Source of the DNA: a virus
DNA: 64,000 nucleotides
Direction: 5' to 3' (one strand)
IMG/VR virus record: IMGVR_UViG_3300001533_002564
Location: 40,189-104,188 of that record
The translations under genes and the position numbers were made by a program. This document shows positions 19,690 through 29,582 of the stretch, piece after piece. How positions within the stretch are numbered: the first letter of the stretch is position 1; each line of letters begins with the position of its first letter. The notes beneath the pieces were generated by a model. The model saw only the letters and a list, made by a program, of their open reading frames with translations. It made no database searches and was not told the origin of the DNA.

Positions 19690-19971
19690 TTATTCTTCTA
19701 AAGCAATCCATTTTAATACACTAAATCCTTTATTTAAATTTTCAAATTCATCAACTCTTTTATTCAGAATAAAAAGAACTTGTTCCATATTTTCTTGAAT
19801 ATCTTCTAATGAAATATCTAATTTATCATGAATAATTTTACTAAAAATTTCCCAATTATTTTTAGCTTTATATTCACCATTAAAAATGATTTTTTCATCA
19901 ATAGGATTAAATATTATTCGAATCCTTTTATTCTTGTTTTCTTCACCTTCTATTTTAACAATCCAATCCAT
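19690..19971 (-). CDS. Hypothetical protein
   Basis: 93 aa ORF; start overlaps the end of the upstream HEN. Confidence 0.7.
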   Translation of the reverse strand: MDWIVKIEGEENKNKRIRIIFNPIDEKIIFNGEYKAKNNWEIFSKIIHDKLDISLEDIQENMEQVLFILNKRVDEFENLNKGFSVLKWIALEE

Positions 19972-20773
19972 GATTAACTTTTTTTATCCATTTATAATTA
20001 TTATATATCTGACTTTTACTTATATTACATGCATATCTTAACGCATTATCAGAAGTTTTATTAATTCTTGCTGCTTCTTTGTATGAATCATAGGTTTCTA
20101 CAATACGATTTGTTTTTATATCTATTTTATGAATCTTAATAGATTTTCTCTTATTAGACAAATGTTTTTCAGTTTCTTTAATTTTTCTTATTAAATTTTC
20201 AACATTAAATTCATTTTCATACATCCATATATATTCACCAGATGAATATCTTTTTCCTCTTAAACAATTACTTATTGATGAAATTGAAATATTAGAATAT
20301 ATCGATGCCTTTTTTATGGAAGAAAAATGTTTAATAAATTGACCATCGATTGTAAACATAATAATTTCTTTTCTATTTACAGCATTTTTACCATAATTAT
20401 AATGTTTTTCACCACGACATGCATCACCAATTTTCTTTTTATGACTTTCAGTAAATTCTCTTTTTTTAATAAAATTAATTCCACTACCTCCCTTAGTCAT
20501 ATTTTTTAAATCACTACCGTAGAATGATATCCAATATTTTTCTCTATTATTTAATAGTTCAATGTCAATTTCTTCAATTAATTCGATTATAGGTAATGAA
20601 TTTTTATCTAATAAACTATTAATCCATAAATATATATTTTGATTTTTAGTTTCTTCATACCTACAATTTCTAATGTGCTCATTAAGTCTCTTAATTAAAC
20701 TAAATTTAGTTTGACCAACATATTTAATTTTATTAGTTATAGGGTCTTTTAATGAATATATTTTTCCTTTCAT
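19955..20773 (-). CDS. Free-standing GIY-YIG homing endonuclease (NUMOD3 + NUMOD1)
   Basis: GKIYSLKDP...KYVGQT, REKYWI, FSSIKKAS, YDSYKEAAR; late-motif variant at 20787-20794. Confidence 0.85.
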   Translation of the reverse strand: MKGKIYSLKDPITNKIKYVGQTKFSLIKRLNEHIRNCRYEETKNQNIYLWINSLLDKNSLPIIELIEEIDIELLNNREKYWISFYGSDLKNMTKGGSGINFIKKREFTESHKKKIGDACRGEKHYNYGKNAVNRKEIIMFTIDGQFIKHFSSIKKASIYSNISISSISNCLRGKRYSSGEYIWMYENEFNVENLIRKIKETEKHLSNKRKSIKIHKIDIKTNRIVETYDSYKEAARINKTSDNALRYACNISKSQIYNNYKWIKKVNHGLDC

Positions 20774-20837
20774 AACATCTTTTAATGTAAATACTAAGAA
20801 ATTATAAAAAGTTTGCTCATGTAAAGTCTAAGTAAAA

Positions 20838-23348
20838 TTAATCTTCATCTGACCAATTATGGTCATAAATTAAGTCTAAACGACTTCTTGTTATTGCGAC
20901 ATATTCCAAGTTTTTTTCTTGAGCAAATTGCCAAGGTTTTGCTGTTTGCATTGGTAATAAATCTGGTCTGATAATAAAAACTCTATCTGTTTCTAATCCT
21001 TTAATTTTATGTACTGTACTTAATACAATTCCCTGTATTTCATCAGTAAAAATTGTTTTTATTTTATATTTTAAATCCAATATGCTATCAGAAATTCTAG
21101 CAAGAAATAATAATGTCATTACTTTATCTTCAAGTGCTGTATATCCACTATGGTCATTTGGGTTTAAAATGCCTTCTTTTTTTAAATCTTTTCTAAATGA
21201 CTGAAGTTCTGTTTCCCAAAAACTTTTTAATTTTTCAATATTATTAATTTTACCAATTAATTCAATTAAATGAACTCCAATATCACTTCCCTTAATAATT
21301 GCTTTTTTACGTTGTGTAAGAAATTCAAAAAAGAGTTTTACTAGTGGCATTGTTGTTCTACAAAGTACAAAATCACCACTACGTGCTTCTTCTAAAACAT
21401 TACCATCTCTAACACTGCCTTCTGGAGCATCTGGAAGTGCTTTTATATTAGGAACAATCTCTTGCGCTTTTCTAATAACTGCTTGTGAACATCTAAATGA
21501 TACTGAAAGTGGTAATATTTTAGTATTAGGAAATTTCTCAAACCACTGAAAACTTTTTTCATCAGCAGCATTAAAACCATAAATTCCTTGAAAGAAATCT
21601 CCGACACTAATTAATCTACCTTCAAGTTTTTTTGTTGTTCGATTACGTTTTAAAACCTTTTCAATTATTCTAATCTGACAACGATTTAAATCCTGTACTT
21701 CATCAACAAAAACATAGTCTTGTGGAAAAAACCAAATACTATTATCAATTGCAGGTAGAAAAACCATATCTGTATAATCAAATGTTTTTCTATCTGTTGT
21801 CATAAAATCCAATACTTTTAAGATACGTTTAATATCTTTTGGTTTATTAAGTGGAATATCATAGCGTTCTGATATATATGGAATAAATTCTGGTTTTATT
21901 GTTAAAGTCAATCTACATAAATTACAGAGTTTCTTCATGTTATTGAGGTATATCGAAATTTCTTCTTCAGATTTTAATTCATCATCCAATCCCCATGATT
22001 TCGATTTTTTTAAAATAACCTTATCTGCCTTAAATTCATCAAATTGGATTTTATCACCATATTTTCTTTTAATTGCACCCATACCCAAACCATATGTAGT
22101 ATAACATCTAACGTGTTTAGGTAATTTTGTACCAAGTTCTTCTTTAATATGTTTATTAAACGCCAAAAACATTATTGATTTATCAACAGGTAATAATTTA
22201 ACTGCTTCAACAATTGTACTAGTATTGTGTGTTATTGTGAAATCACCTAATAAAAATCTTCCATTACCGTCTAATGTAAAACCATAATATTTTCCAATAC
22301 CAATATTTTTAACCTTAAATCCTGTTCTTAAAACAGATTTTATTTGTTTTCTTGCTTCACATTTCTTTCTAACTAATAAACAAGGTAGATTTTCAAATGA
22401 ACCTGTTATTATTATTCTCCAATAATTACCAATAAAGTTTAGTAATTTAATTCTCCCCTTTTTAGGTATGATATATGCACCAAAACCCAAACTTCTTGCA
22501 AGAAATAATAAATCTTTTGCAAATTCAGTATGTTTTGTTGTAATCTCATAATATTTATTATTTGAATGTCCATCACTATCAATGATTCCAGCCAATAGTT
22601 TTAATCTATTCTCTTTTGAATTAATTAAATAATTTTTAGGTATTGAAAAACTACCATTAGTATTTAAGCATTTCTTAAACTCATCTCTTACTATATTATT
22701 TACTTTTCTCCCGTTAAAATTAGGTGTGGTTAATGAGACAGTTATTAATTTTTTTTGATATTCATTGAATTTTGGTGTAATATTTTTATATTTAATATTA
22801 CCTAAATATTCTAAGATGGGTTTTTCATTAACATTTACTGAAATTGTCGGTGACCCATTTTTTTTTGTTCCATCACCTAACCATAAACCCATTAAATATG
22901 GGTCAATTTTTATTGTCTGTGTCTTAAAATCAACCCCAACTCTTTGTAGTCTTGCATACTTGAAATTACCGTTTGGGTATTTAGGGTAATTTAATTCATT
23001 TAATGGAATATCCAATAATTTCTTTTTTTGTTCATGATGGTGAGTTAAAACATGAACATCATTACATACCCATTCATCCCCTTTTGTTGGTATCACCTTA
23101 AATAAATCACCAAAACCATTATTAGTTTTTAATACTTTTCTCGGTGTTGAATCATCACCAATTAATAAATCACCAATTTTAATATCTTGAACAAATTTAA
23201 TTGTACCATCATACATTAATATTGGAGTATTAATTCCTAGACATTTTCCTGTACCTGCGTATGCCTTAATCAAAATATTTTCAGGTCTTTTTCTCGTGAA
23301 CATGAATATTCTTTCCTGTTCTGGTGTTGCTATAATCATACTATCCAA
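20838..23348 (-). CDS. UvrD/Rep-like SF1 DNA helicase containing an intein
   Basis: AYAGTGK/T Walker A, LAFNK, VDEVQD, VGD..Q.IYGF, SFRCS, STVHKIKGLE, YVAITRS. Confidence 0.92.
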   Translation of the reverse strand: MDSMIIATPEQERIFMFTRKRPENILIKAYAGTGKCLGINTPILMYDGTIKFVQDIKIGDLLIGDDSTPRKVLKTNNGFGDLFKVIPTKGDEWVCNDVHVLTHHHEQKKKLLDIPLNELNYPKYPNGNFKYARLQRVGVDFKTQTIKIDPYLMGLWLGDGTKKNGSPTISVNVNEKPILEYLGNIKYKNITPKFNEYQKKLITVSLTTPNFNGRKVNNIVRDEFKKCLNTNGSFSIPKNYLINSKENRLKLLAGIIDSDGHSNNKYYEITTKHTEFAKDLLFLARSLGFGAYIIPKKGRIKLLNFIGNYWRIIITGSFENLPCLLVRKKCEARKQIKSVLRTGFKVKNIGIGKYYGFTLDGNGRFLLGDFTITHNTSTIVEAVKLLPVDKSIMFLAFNKHIKEELGTKLPKHVRCYTTYGLGMGAIKRKYGDKIQFDEFKADKVILKKSKSWGLDDELKSEEEISIYLNNMKKLCNLCRLTLTIKPEFIPYISERYDIPLNKPKDIKRILKVLDFMTTDRKTFDYTDMVFLPAIDNSIWFFPQDYVFVDEVQDLNRCQIRIIEKVLKRNRTTKKLEGRLISVGDFFQGIYGFNAADEKSFQWFEKFPNTKILPLSVSFRCSQAVIRKAQEIVPNIKALPDAPEGSVRDGNVLEEARSGDFVLCRTTMPLVKLFFEFLTQRKKAIIKGSDIGVHLIELIGKINNIEKLKSFWETELQSFRKDLKKEGILNPNDHSGYTALEDKVMTLLFLARISDSILDLKYKIKTIFTDEIQGIVLSTVHKIKGLETDRVFIIRPDLLPMQTAKPWQFAQEKNLEYVAITRSRLDLIYDHNWSDED
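22224..23243 (-). mobile_element. Cis intein (340 aa) with LAGLIDADG endonuclease, inserted in Walker A
   Basis: GTGK|CLGINTPILMYDG...LLGDFTITHN|T; internal GLWLGDG and LAGIIDSDG motifs. Confidence 0.93.
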
Positions 23349-23592
23349 TTATTTCAATATTTGTTTCACGTATATCTAATTCATCATGTGTCATTTTGGG
23401 GTATTCAATACTTTTAGTTAAGAATCTTCTACTACTTAAATGCAATATATTATCTAATTCTATTAAAGATATTGTATTATTTAAATCACATTCATAAATA
23501 TTTTTTGTAAATAATTCTAAAATTAAAGAATATTCTTTTCGTGATAATCCCTGCACATCCAATTGGATATTAAATTTAATATTATTTATCAT
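23341..23592 (-). CDS. Hypothetical protein
   Basis: 83 aa; overlaps both neighbours. Confidence 0.6.
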   Translation of the reverse strand: MINNIKFNIQLDVQGLSRKEYSLILELFTKNIYECDLNNTISLIELDNILHLSSRRFLTKSIEYPKMTHDELDIRETNIEIIG

Positions 23593-24136
23593 TTCTATCT
23601 AATTTTTCATTAATTTCTTCAGTACTTAATTTAACCCAATGGTCATTAGTTATTCCATCAACTAATTCATATATTTCAATAATTGGTGAGAAATCATGTT
23701 GTCTATAAAAATATTTATTTTCACCACGTGGGTCACTATTAAGTTGAACACGTAATCCTTCTACCCTATCAAATAGTTTACCATTAAAAAAAATTTCTTT
23801 ATTAGGTAATGCGTCTCTTTCTTCAATAGATTTTACATTAATATGATATAACTTATCTAACATCATATTTAATTCTCCTTGTGCCTTCATATTACCGTAT
23901 AATAGTCCAGCTACTTCATCACCTATTTGTCCAATTACTCTTTCAGACTCATCAATTGCCGTTATAATTTGTTGGTCTAAGTCTTGTATTCTTCGTGTAA
24001 GTAAATCTTGTAACATCCATCTTGCTATTTCAATTACAAAAAAACGGTCTTCGGGTTGGTGTTCATAATCTTCAGGTAATTCAATATAAGGTCTTCCTTG
24101 TTCGTTTAATCCAATATTATATTCGATTTTATACAT
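23582..24136 (-). CDS. Hypothetical protein
   Basis: 184 aa; TATATTTG promoter box at 24162-24169. Confidence 0.75.
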   Translation of the reverse strand: MYKIEYNIGLNEQGRPYIELPEDYEHQPEDRFFVIEIARWMLQDLLTRRIQDLDQQIITAIDESERVIGQIGDEVAGLLYGNMKAQGELNMMLDKLYHINVKSIEERDALPNKEIFFNGKLFDRVEGLRVQLNSDPRGENKYFYRQHDFSPIIEIYELVDGITNDHWVKLSTEEINEKLDRNDK

Positions 24137-24161
24137 AATACATAATTTACGTTAATAACTA

Positions 24162-24169
24162 CAAATATA
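24162..24169 (-). promoter_or_regulatory. Bacteroidota -7 box TATATTTG
   Basis: Upstream of the minus-strand helicase operon. Confidence 0.5.
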
Positions 24170-24238
24170 TAATAAACTTTTGATATTGAAACCCTTTTTT
24201 AAAAAAACTTTATAGTATTTATATTAAACATTTAAATA

Positions 24239-25363
24239 ATGGCACTAATAACTGTAGCAGAAAAGAATAAATTATACCTTAAAGTTAAACATGAATTAGG
24301 GTATCCGTTAAGACCATGCATAATAAAAGATAAAATGATGGATTCTTATTTAGAAATGGTTGTTGAAGATTATTCTTCAATTGTTAATCAATGGTTAATT
24401 CATCAACAATGGATTGGTTTAGAAGGAATGAATAAAGAAACAGGTGATTTTCTTGCAGCATTCACAACTAAATCAAATGCATATATGGAGAATTTTACTT
24501 ATGCATATAGTCATCAAGTTGGTTTAGGTACAAATGCTCCAGCAGCAAGAGGCTGGGAGCTTAAAAGAGACTTTATTATTACTTCAGCACATACTCAACA
24601 TTATATTATACCTGCTGGTAGAGAAGTTAATGAAGTACTTTGGGAAACACCACCACCAATTGATGGTGGATTAGTTGACCCGTTTGCATTAAATGCTTGG
24701 AGTGCTGGTATGATGGGAATGTCTTATCTTGGTCGTCCTGCATTATATGTTCAACCAACATATTCAACATTATTATCAGCACAAGACCGAATGACAAAAA
24801 GAAGAATTTTACAATCAATATTAACTTATCGTATAACTGGTTTGGCTTCTGGTGAGAAAATGTTACATCTATATCCAGTACCTAATGACCGTCACGAAAT
24901 AGCAAATAGTTGGGGAAAACATTATAGTGGTAGAAAAGTCTGGTATTGGTATTATGATACTGATGGTACTGATGAAAGTAGAGAAAAATGTTTAAATGAT
25001 AATAAAGATGTCGTTAAGTTACCATCAGACCCACCAACAACAATATTAGAATGGAGTAAAATGAATGATGTGGCGAAGCAACAAATCAGAAATTTTTTAA
25101 TTGCTAAAGTAAAAATGGTAGTTGGTGGTATTAGAGGTTTTTATGGTGGTGAACTCGGTGTTACCGAAAAACAACTAACAATGGATTATCGTCATTTACT
25201 TGATGAAGGAACTAAATTAAAAGAAGAAACTGAAAAAATCATACTTGACCAATTAACAAAAATTAGTCAAGCTAATTTAACTAAAGAACGTGCAGAAATT
25301 GCTGAAAACGTTAATAAAGAACGTGGTTATCAACCACCAATGTTCCCAATTATACCGATTTAA
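24239..25363 (+). CDS. Neck/head-completion protein (gp13-like)
   Basis: KVKHELGYP start and LLDEG..L.EE end typical of gp13-like proteins; late motif at 24215. Confidence 0.7.
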   Translation: MALITVAEKNKLYLKVKHELGYPLRPCIIKDKMMDSYLEMVVEDYSSIVNQWLIHQQWIGLEGMNKETGDFLAAFTTKSNAYMENFTYAYSHQVGLGTNAPAARGWELKRDFIITSAHTQHYIIPAGREVNEVLWETPPPIDGGLVDPFALNAWSAGMMGMSYLGRPALYVQPTYSTLLSAQDRMTKRRILQSILTYRITGLASGEKMLHLYPVPNDRHEIANSWGKHYSGRKVWYWYYDTDGTDESREKCLNDNKDVVKLPSDPPTTILEWSKMNDVAKQQIRNFLIAKVKMVVGGIRGFYGGELGVTEKQLTMDYRHLLDEGTKLKEETEKIILDQLTKISQANLTKERAEIAENVNKERGYQPPMFPIIPI

Positions 25364-25377
25364 TATTCTAATTACTA

Positions 25378-25941
25378 ATGAAAAAGAAAAAACAGTTCAA
25401 AAATATTGAAGATGAAAGAATGGGGTTATTTATGAATAATAATTCTTTTGATTTGGATATTATGTATGGTAGAAATTTTTTACAAACAGATAATGCACAA
25501 ACAGTTATTATTCATAAAATAAATCTTATTGAAACTAAATCACATGCTTTATATGGTCAATCAAAAACTAAAGATAAAAAATTTATGACACCAGTAACTA
25601 TAAATGTTATGGTTAATATTGAAGATAGTAAACAAGAATATTATGGTAATAGTCAGGGTGGAATATCACGTGATGATAGTGGAAGTATTAGTTTTGGTGT
25701 TTATCTCGAAGAATTAAAAGAAAAACAGATTGAAATTGATAGAGGTGATATTATTGAATACAATATGAGTGGTGAAAAAAATAGATATTACGAAGTTGAA
25801 AATGCAAATAATGTTACTGATGAAACAAAAAAAACAATTGGAGGATTCAAAAGTTACTGGAAAAAAGTTACTGGAGTTCCCGTAAAATCCGATTCAGTCC
25901 CATTTTATGATAATGAAGAAACTGGTGAATCAATGGTCTAA
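25378..25941 (+). CDS. Head-closure protein (gp14-like) with HEN-supplied C-terminus
   Basis: HALYGQS, I.RGDII..YYEV motifs; follows gp13-like gene. Confidence 0.6.
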   Translation: MKKKKQFKNIEDERMGLFMNNNSFDLDIMYGRNFLQTDNAQTVIIHKINLIETKSHALYGQSKTKDKKFMTPVTINVMVNIEDSKQEYYGNSQGGISRDDSGSISFGVYLEELKEKQIEIDRGDIIEYNMSGEKNRYYEVENANNVTDETKKTIGGFKSYWKKVTGVPVKSDSVPFYDNEETGESMV

Positions 25942-26970
25942 ATATATGTAATTAGTGAAATTATTACTTCTTAATCTATCCCAAATTAATTGTTGTTTCA
26001 ATTTAAGTTTATTTGATGCATCAGTTAATGAATGATATTTAACATCATCAATTTTAAACGGTTTATTATTTAATGCGTAATTATTACCCTTATTTTTTTT
26101 TGATATTTTTTTATTTATTTCTTCAATTGTTATTAATTCATTAATATTTTTTGGTTTGTTTTTATAAAAATAATTCATAAATGTTATAGTATTACTATTA
26201 ATACGATAAATTAGTGTTGCGTATTTAATTTTCAATTTTTGTGATGCTATTTTAGGGTTAATATATTCAACATCATTAATGACAACAGGATTGTTTTTAT
26301 ATGTTTGTTTCTGATTTTTTTTACGACAATCTTTATGATATTTAGCATATTTACTAATTTCTTTTCCGCATCCGCATATACAATAATATTTTTTCTTAAT
26401 AAATGGTTTATAAAAATATATTTTATGTTTTATAGAATCATATTCACCTATTTTTGGATTGTTTTCGTAATACCAGTTTTTATTTTTCCAATTTTTAAGT
26501 TTACTTGAAATTGATTTAATATCAACACATAATTCATTAGCAGCATCTTGTAATTTATCATATCTAATATTATTAATATAAAATGGTTTAGTGTGTTTAC
26601 CTAAATTACCAACACTCATTTTAAGACGAATTTCTTTTTGATTTGGATGTATTGATAAATCATAATTATTTCCTGAAGCAATTCGTGAAATATTATATAC
26701 GTTTTTCCAATTACTTATATTATTTAAATAATTTTGTTCTATCAATAAAACATCACTTTTTTTACACTTTTCTAATAATTCAACAATAAAAACATTTTTA
26801 CCATATTTATTATATGCATTTTGTAAATGTATACTATGATGACAATTTCTTTTTAATAATTCAAAATGTTTACGTATTCTTATTTTTATGTTATATGATG
26901 AACCAACATAATATTTATTATTGATAACATTAGTTATTTTATAAATTCCAGACACATTTAAATCTTTCAT
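25930..26970 (-). CDS. Free-standing GIY-YIG homing endonuclease
   Basis: SGIYKITN..NNKYYVGSS, HLQNAYNKYG, EQ.YL, YN; three repeated IND..Y.S...AS..L DNA-binding modules; late motif at 26985-26992. Confidence 0.88.
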   Translation of the reverse strand: MKDLNVSGIYKITNVINNKYYVGSSYNIKIRIRKHFELLKRNCHHSIHLQNAYNKYGKNVFIVELLEKCKKSDVLLIEQNYLNNISNWKNVYNISRIASGNNYDLSIHPNQKEIRLKMSVGNLGKHTKPFYINNIRYDKLQDAANELCVDIKSISSKLKNWKNKNWYYENNPKIGEYDSIKHKIYFYKPFIKKKYYCICGCGKEISKYAKYHKDCRKKNQKQTYKNNPVVINDVEYINPKIASQKLKIKYATLIYRINSNTITFMNYFYKNKPKNINELITIEEINKKISKKNKGNNYALNNKPFKIDDVKYHSLTDASNKLKLKQQLIWDRLRSNNFTNYIYLDH

Positions 26971-26999
26971 ATCACTAATTTAATATAAATACTTAGAAA

Positions 27000-27071
27000 T
27001 GGAAAAGAATTGTTGAAGTTCCTATTAAGGAAGATGTTGTTCCATTTTTAAGTGAAACAAAAGGGAGTTAA
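27000..27071 (+). pseudogene. Relic original 3' end of the gp14-like gene (WKRIVEVPIKEDVVPFLSETKGS*)
   Basis: 9/16 identical to WKKVTGVPVKSDSVPF at 25858; its stop abuts the convergent gene. Confidence 0.75.
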
Positions 27072-27082
27072 TTAACTCCCTT
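27061..27082. terminator. Perfect 22 bp palindrome spanning two convergent stop codons
   Basis: aagggagttaa-ttaactccctt. Confidence 0.6.
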
Positions 27083-27320
27083 CATTTTTTAAGTGTTTTT
27101 TCTTAATCTTTTCTAATTCTTCAACAAGTTTTTTATGTTGGTCTTTAGATTGGATTCCTAAGTCATCACCATATTCTTTAAAAATATCTATAACAAAAAT
27201 AATAAATTCTTTTTCTTTTTTAGATAAATATATTGATTTTTTAGCAAATAAATATAATGCCATTGCAAGCAATAGTATAACTACTACTAATAGTAAAATA
27301 ACTATATACGACATCGGCAT
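27072..27320 (-). CDS. Small membrane protein
   Basis: N-terminal hydrophobic helix. Confidence 0.7.
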   Translation of the reverse strand: MPMSYIVILLLVVVILLLAMALYLFAKKSIYLSKKEKEFIIFVIDIFKEYGDDLGIQSKDQHKKLVEELEKIKKKHLKNEGS

Positions 27321-27325
27321 TCAAT

Positions 27326-27598
27326 TTATTTAAGTATTTTTTCTCTAACTAATGCGATATGTGCTTCACCCATTATTTTACTCCAAGGAATTGGAACACC
27401 ATTTTCAACAAAATCATTATAATAATCTTGCATTTTTAAAAACCAACGTGTTTCTTGATTCATACCATTATAAACTAAACCACGTTCTTTCCAAGTATCA
27501 CCCCAACGCTTTTCATCATCTGATAATTGGTCTTCTACATCGCAAAATGTTTGACCTAATTCATTAATTAAATCAATATCCTTTAATCTTTCGTCCAT
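27326..27598 (-). CDS. Hypothetical protein
   Basis: 90 aa ORF in the thyX operon. Confidence 0.7.
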   Translation of the reverse strand: MDERLKDIDLINELGQTFCDVEDQLSDDEKRWGDTWKERGLVYNGMNQETRWFLKMQDYYNDFVENGVPIPWSKIMGEAHIALVREKILK

Positions 27599-27601
27599 AA
27601 T

Positions 27602-28243
27602 TTAATATTTTATATCATCAAAAATTATTGGTAATAAATCTTTGATTTCTTCAAGTAATGGTATTGCCAATTCTCTCATTTGTGGGTGTGCTGCCTTTGA
27701 ACATCTTAATTTTAAAAAATGTCTCCATTCCCTTAAATTCATTTTTACATTTATTTCTGTTTTTAATCCATTTGGTAATATATATCTTGCTTCTTGTGGT
27801 GATGCACCTAAATCGATTAATTTATTATATGCTTTTTCAATATCAATTAAAACTTGTTTTAAAATTGCATATTTTTCACAATCATCATCAGATTCAGGAC
27901 AATTTGACCAAAAATTGGGTTGAATGTAAGTAATTTGATTTCCAAACTTATCTTTTGAATAATTACAATATCTTGTACTTTCTTCTGCATAACTTGCTAA
28001 TCTATGTCTAACAATTTCATGTGAAACACCTCTATCACATATGAATTTAACTGTAATATCAAAAAATTCAATCATTGCTTCATGACCACTATTAATTAAT
28101 CGTGTAATTAATTTTTTTGATGATTCATTATCAATTTTATCTTCTGACTTATAACAAGTTCTTGCTATTTTTTCAATTGTTTTTAAAATTTCATCACCAT
28201 TAATTGTTGTTAAAATTTCATAATTTGGTTTAATAATTTTCAT
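27602..28243 (-). CDS. thyX: FAD-dependent thymidylate synthase
   Basis: RHRLASYAEESTRY signature, GHEAMIE, ARYILP, NLREWRHFLKLR..AHPQMR. Confidence 0.95.
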   Translation of the reverse strand: MKIIKPNYEILTTINGDEILKTIEKIARTCYKSEDKIDNESSKKLITRLINSGHEAMIEFFDITVKFICDRGVSHEIVRHRLASYAEESTRYCNYSKDKFGNQITYIQPNFWSNCPESDDDCEKYAILKQVLIDIEKAYNKLIDLGASPQEARYILPNGLKTEINVKMNLREWRHFLKLRCSKAAHPQMRELAIPLLEEIKDLLPIIFDDIKY

Positions 28244-28254
28244 AATTTTTAATT

Positions 28255-28941
28255 TTATTGTTTATATTTCCATTTATATCCAAATGCTGTTTTATTTCGT
28301 TTTCTTAAACATTGCATTATACCACTACGACCATAATTAAGAATTCTTGATGCTTCACTAATTGATTCAAATTTATTAATTATATTCTCATTTAAATCTA
28401 ATTGTAATATTGGTTTTTTATTAACCACATTACGTTTCATATTTAAATAATCAATTTTTCTATTTTTTATTGATTTCTTCCATGAAACCCAATCAGTATT
28501 TTCTTTAATTTTTCTTAATCTTTCTGGATTATTATAATCAATTTTTAATGTTCTATTTTTTATAAATAACTTCTTTTCCTCTTCAGATGAAAAATTATTT
28601 AAATGTTTACTTCTTTCAAAAGTATGAAATATTTGTTTATTATAATCAATATATTTTGAAGTGTCACCACCATCACCATTTTCAATTCGTAAATTTGCCC
28701 AAACTTTAGATTCTACCACATTATATTTTAAACTAAATTCAATTCCTTTTTCTATTAATGTTTTTTCATTATCAGTTTCTAATATAATTTCTGTTTGAAT
28801 GTCGATAGATTTTAAATTATGTTTTTTTAAATGTCTTTTCCATAATTCACCACTACCATTATATTTAAACGGATTTTTTGTTGTTTTACCTAAATATTTT
28901 AATCCTAACGGACTTGTTTTAACATACAAATAGTATTTCAT
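28255..28941 (-). CDS. Free-standing GIY-YIG (Seg-like) homing endonuclease with NUMOD1
   Basis: YLYVK...LKYLGKT, Y.GSG..W..HLKKH; C-terminal FESISEASR...GYKWKY; late motif at 28956-28963. Confidence 0.82.
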   Translation of the reverse strand: MKYYLYVKTSPLGLKYLGKTTKNPFKYNGSGELWKRHLKKHNLKSIDIQTEIILETDNEKTLIEKGIEFSLKYNVVESKVWANLRIENGDGGDTSKYIDYNKQIFHTFERSKHLNNFSSEEEKKLFIKNRTLKIDYNNPERLRKIKENTDWVSWKKSIKNRKIDYLNMKRNVVNKKPILQLDLNENIINKFESISEASRILNYGRSGIMQCLRKRNKTAFGYKWKYKQ

Positions 28942-28991
28942 AACTTAATTTTATTATAAATACTATGGTGATGGATATTGGTGTTACTTTT

Positions 28992-29177
28992 TTATACTCT
29001 TTTATTTAAAACTTCAATTTGATTATTAATGCGTTTTTTATCTCCATCGGTTAATGGAATTTTTTTGGTTGTTGTTTTACCATCATTTTTTTCAGGTTTT
29101 AAACCTGTTTTAAGTTGTGCTTCTAATTGTTCTAAAGCACTATTTCTTCTTAATCTATGTCCTGATTTACCTTTCAT
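28992..29177 (-). CDS. Small basic hypothetical protein
   Basis: 61 aa ORF. Confidence 0.65.
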   Translation of the reverse strand: MKGKSGHRLRRNSALEQLEAQLKTGLKPEKNDGKTTTKKIPLTDGDKKRINNQIEVLNKRV

Positions 29178-29574
29178 AATTATTTAATTTAGAATTTAAT
29201 TATTTTTATTTTAATTCCTTCTATCCAATATTGATTCATATAATTTCATTTTCTGATTATATATATTAACATTTTTATTTTCATATGATAATATTATGAT
29301 TTTTATTATTTCATTAAATATATTAATATTTTTATTATAATCATTCACATCTATTAACGAATTCATTAATATCATTTTTGCTAGTTCTTCATATGAACTA
29401 GGGTTTATATATTCTACAATATCGATAACTTCAGACATCTTTATTTTAGGTTTAACTAAATTTAAACAATCGAAAACCCATAAATCAAAATCATAATAAT
29501 TTAAATATTTTATTTTTTTCATATGGATTTATTTTCCTAATTTACCTTTCATAATTATTTAATTTAGAATTTAA
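29160..29574. repeat. 40 bp direct repeat (29160-29199 and 29535-29574, one mismatch) flanking a 103 aa ORF
   Basis: tcct(g/a)atttacctttcataattatttaatttagaatttaa; includes the leader and MKGK start of the 61 aa gene. Confidence 0.9.
29211..29522 (-). CDS. Hypothetical protein inserted between direct repeats
   Basis: 103 aa ORF. Confidence 0.6.
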   Translation of the reverse strand: MKKIKYLNYYDFDLWVFDCLNLVKPKIKMSEVIDIVEYINPSSYEELAKMILMNSLIDVNDYNKNINIFNEIIKIIILSYENKNVNIYNQKMKLYESILDRRN

Positions 29575-29582
29575 GTATATAT

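Noticed and set aside
19955-28990. Relic gene ends next to the HENs at 19955 and 28255 (also checked at 41599)
   Set aside because: Flanking spacers show no convincing similarity to neighbouring gene termini.
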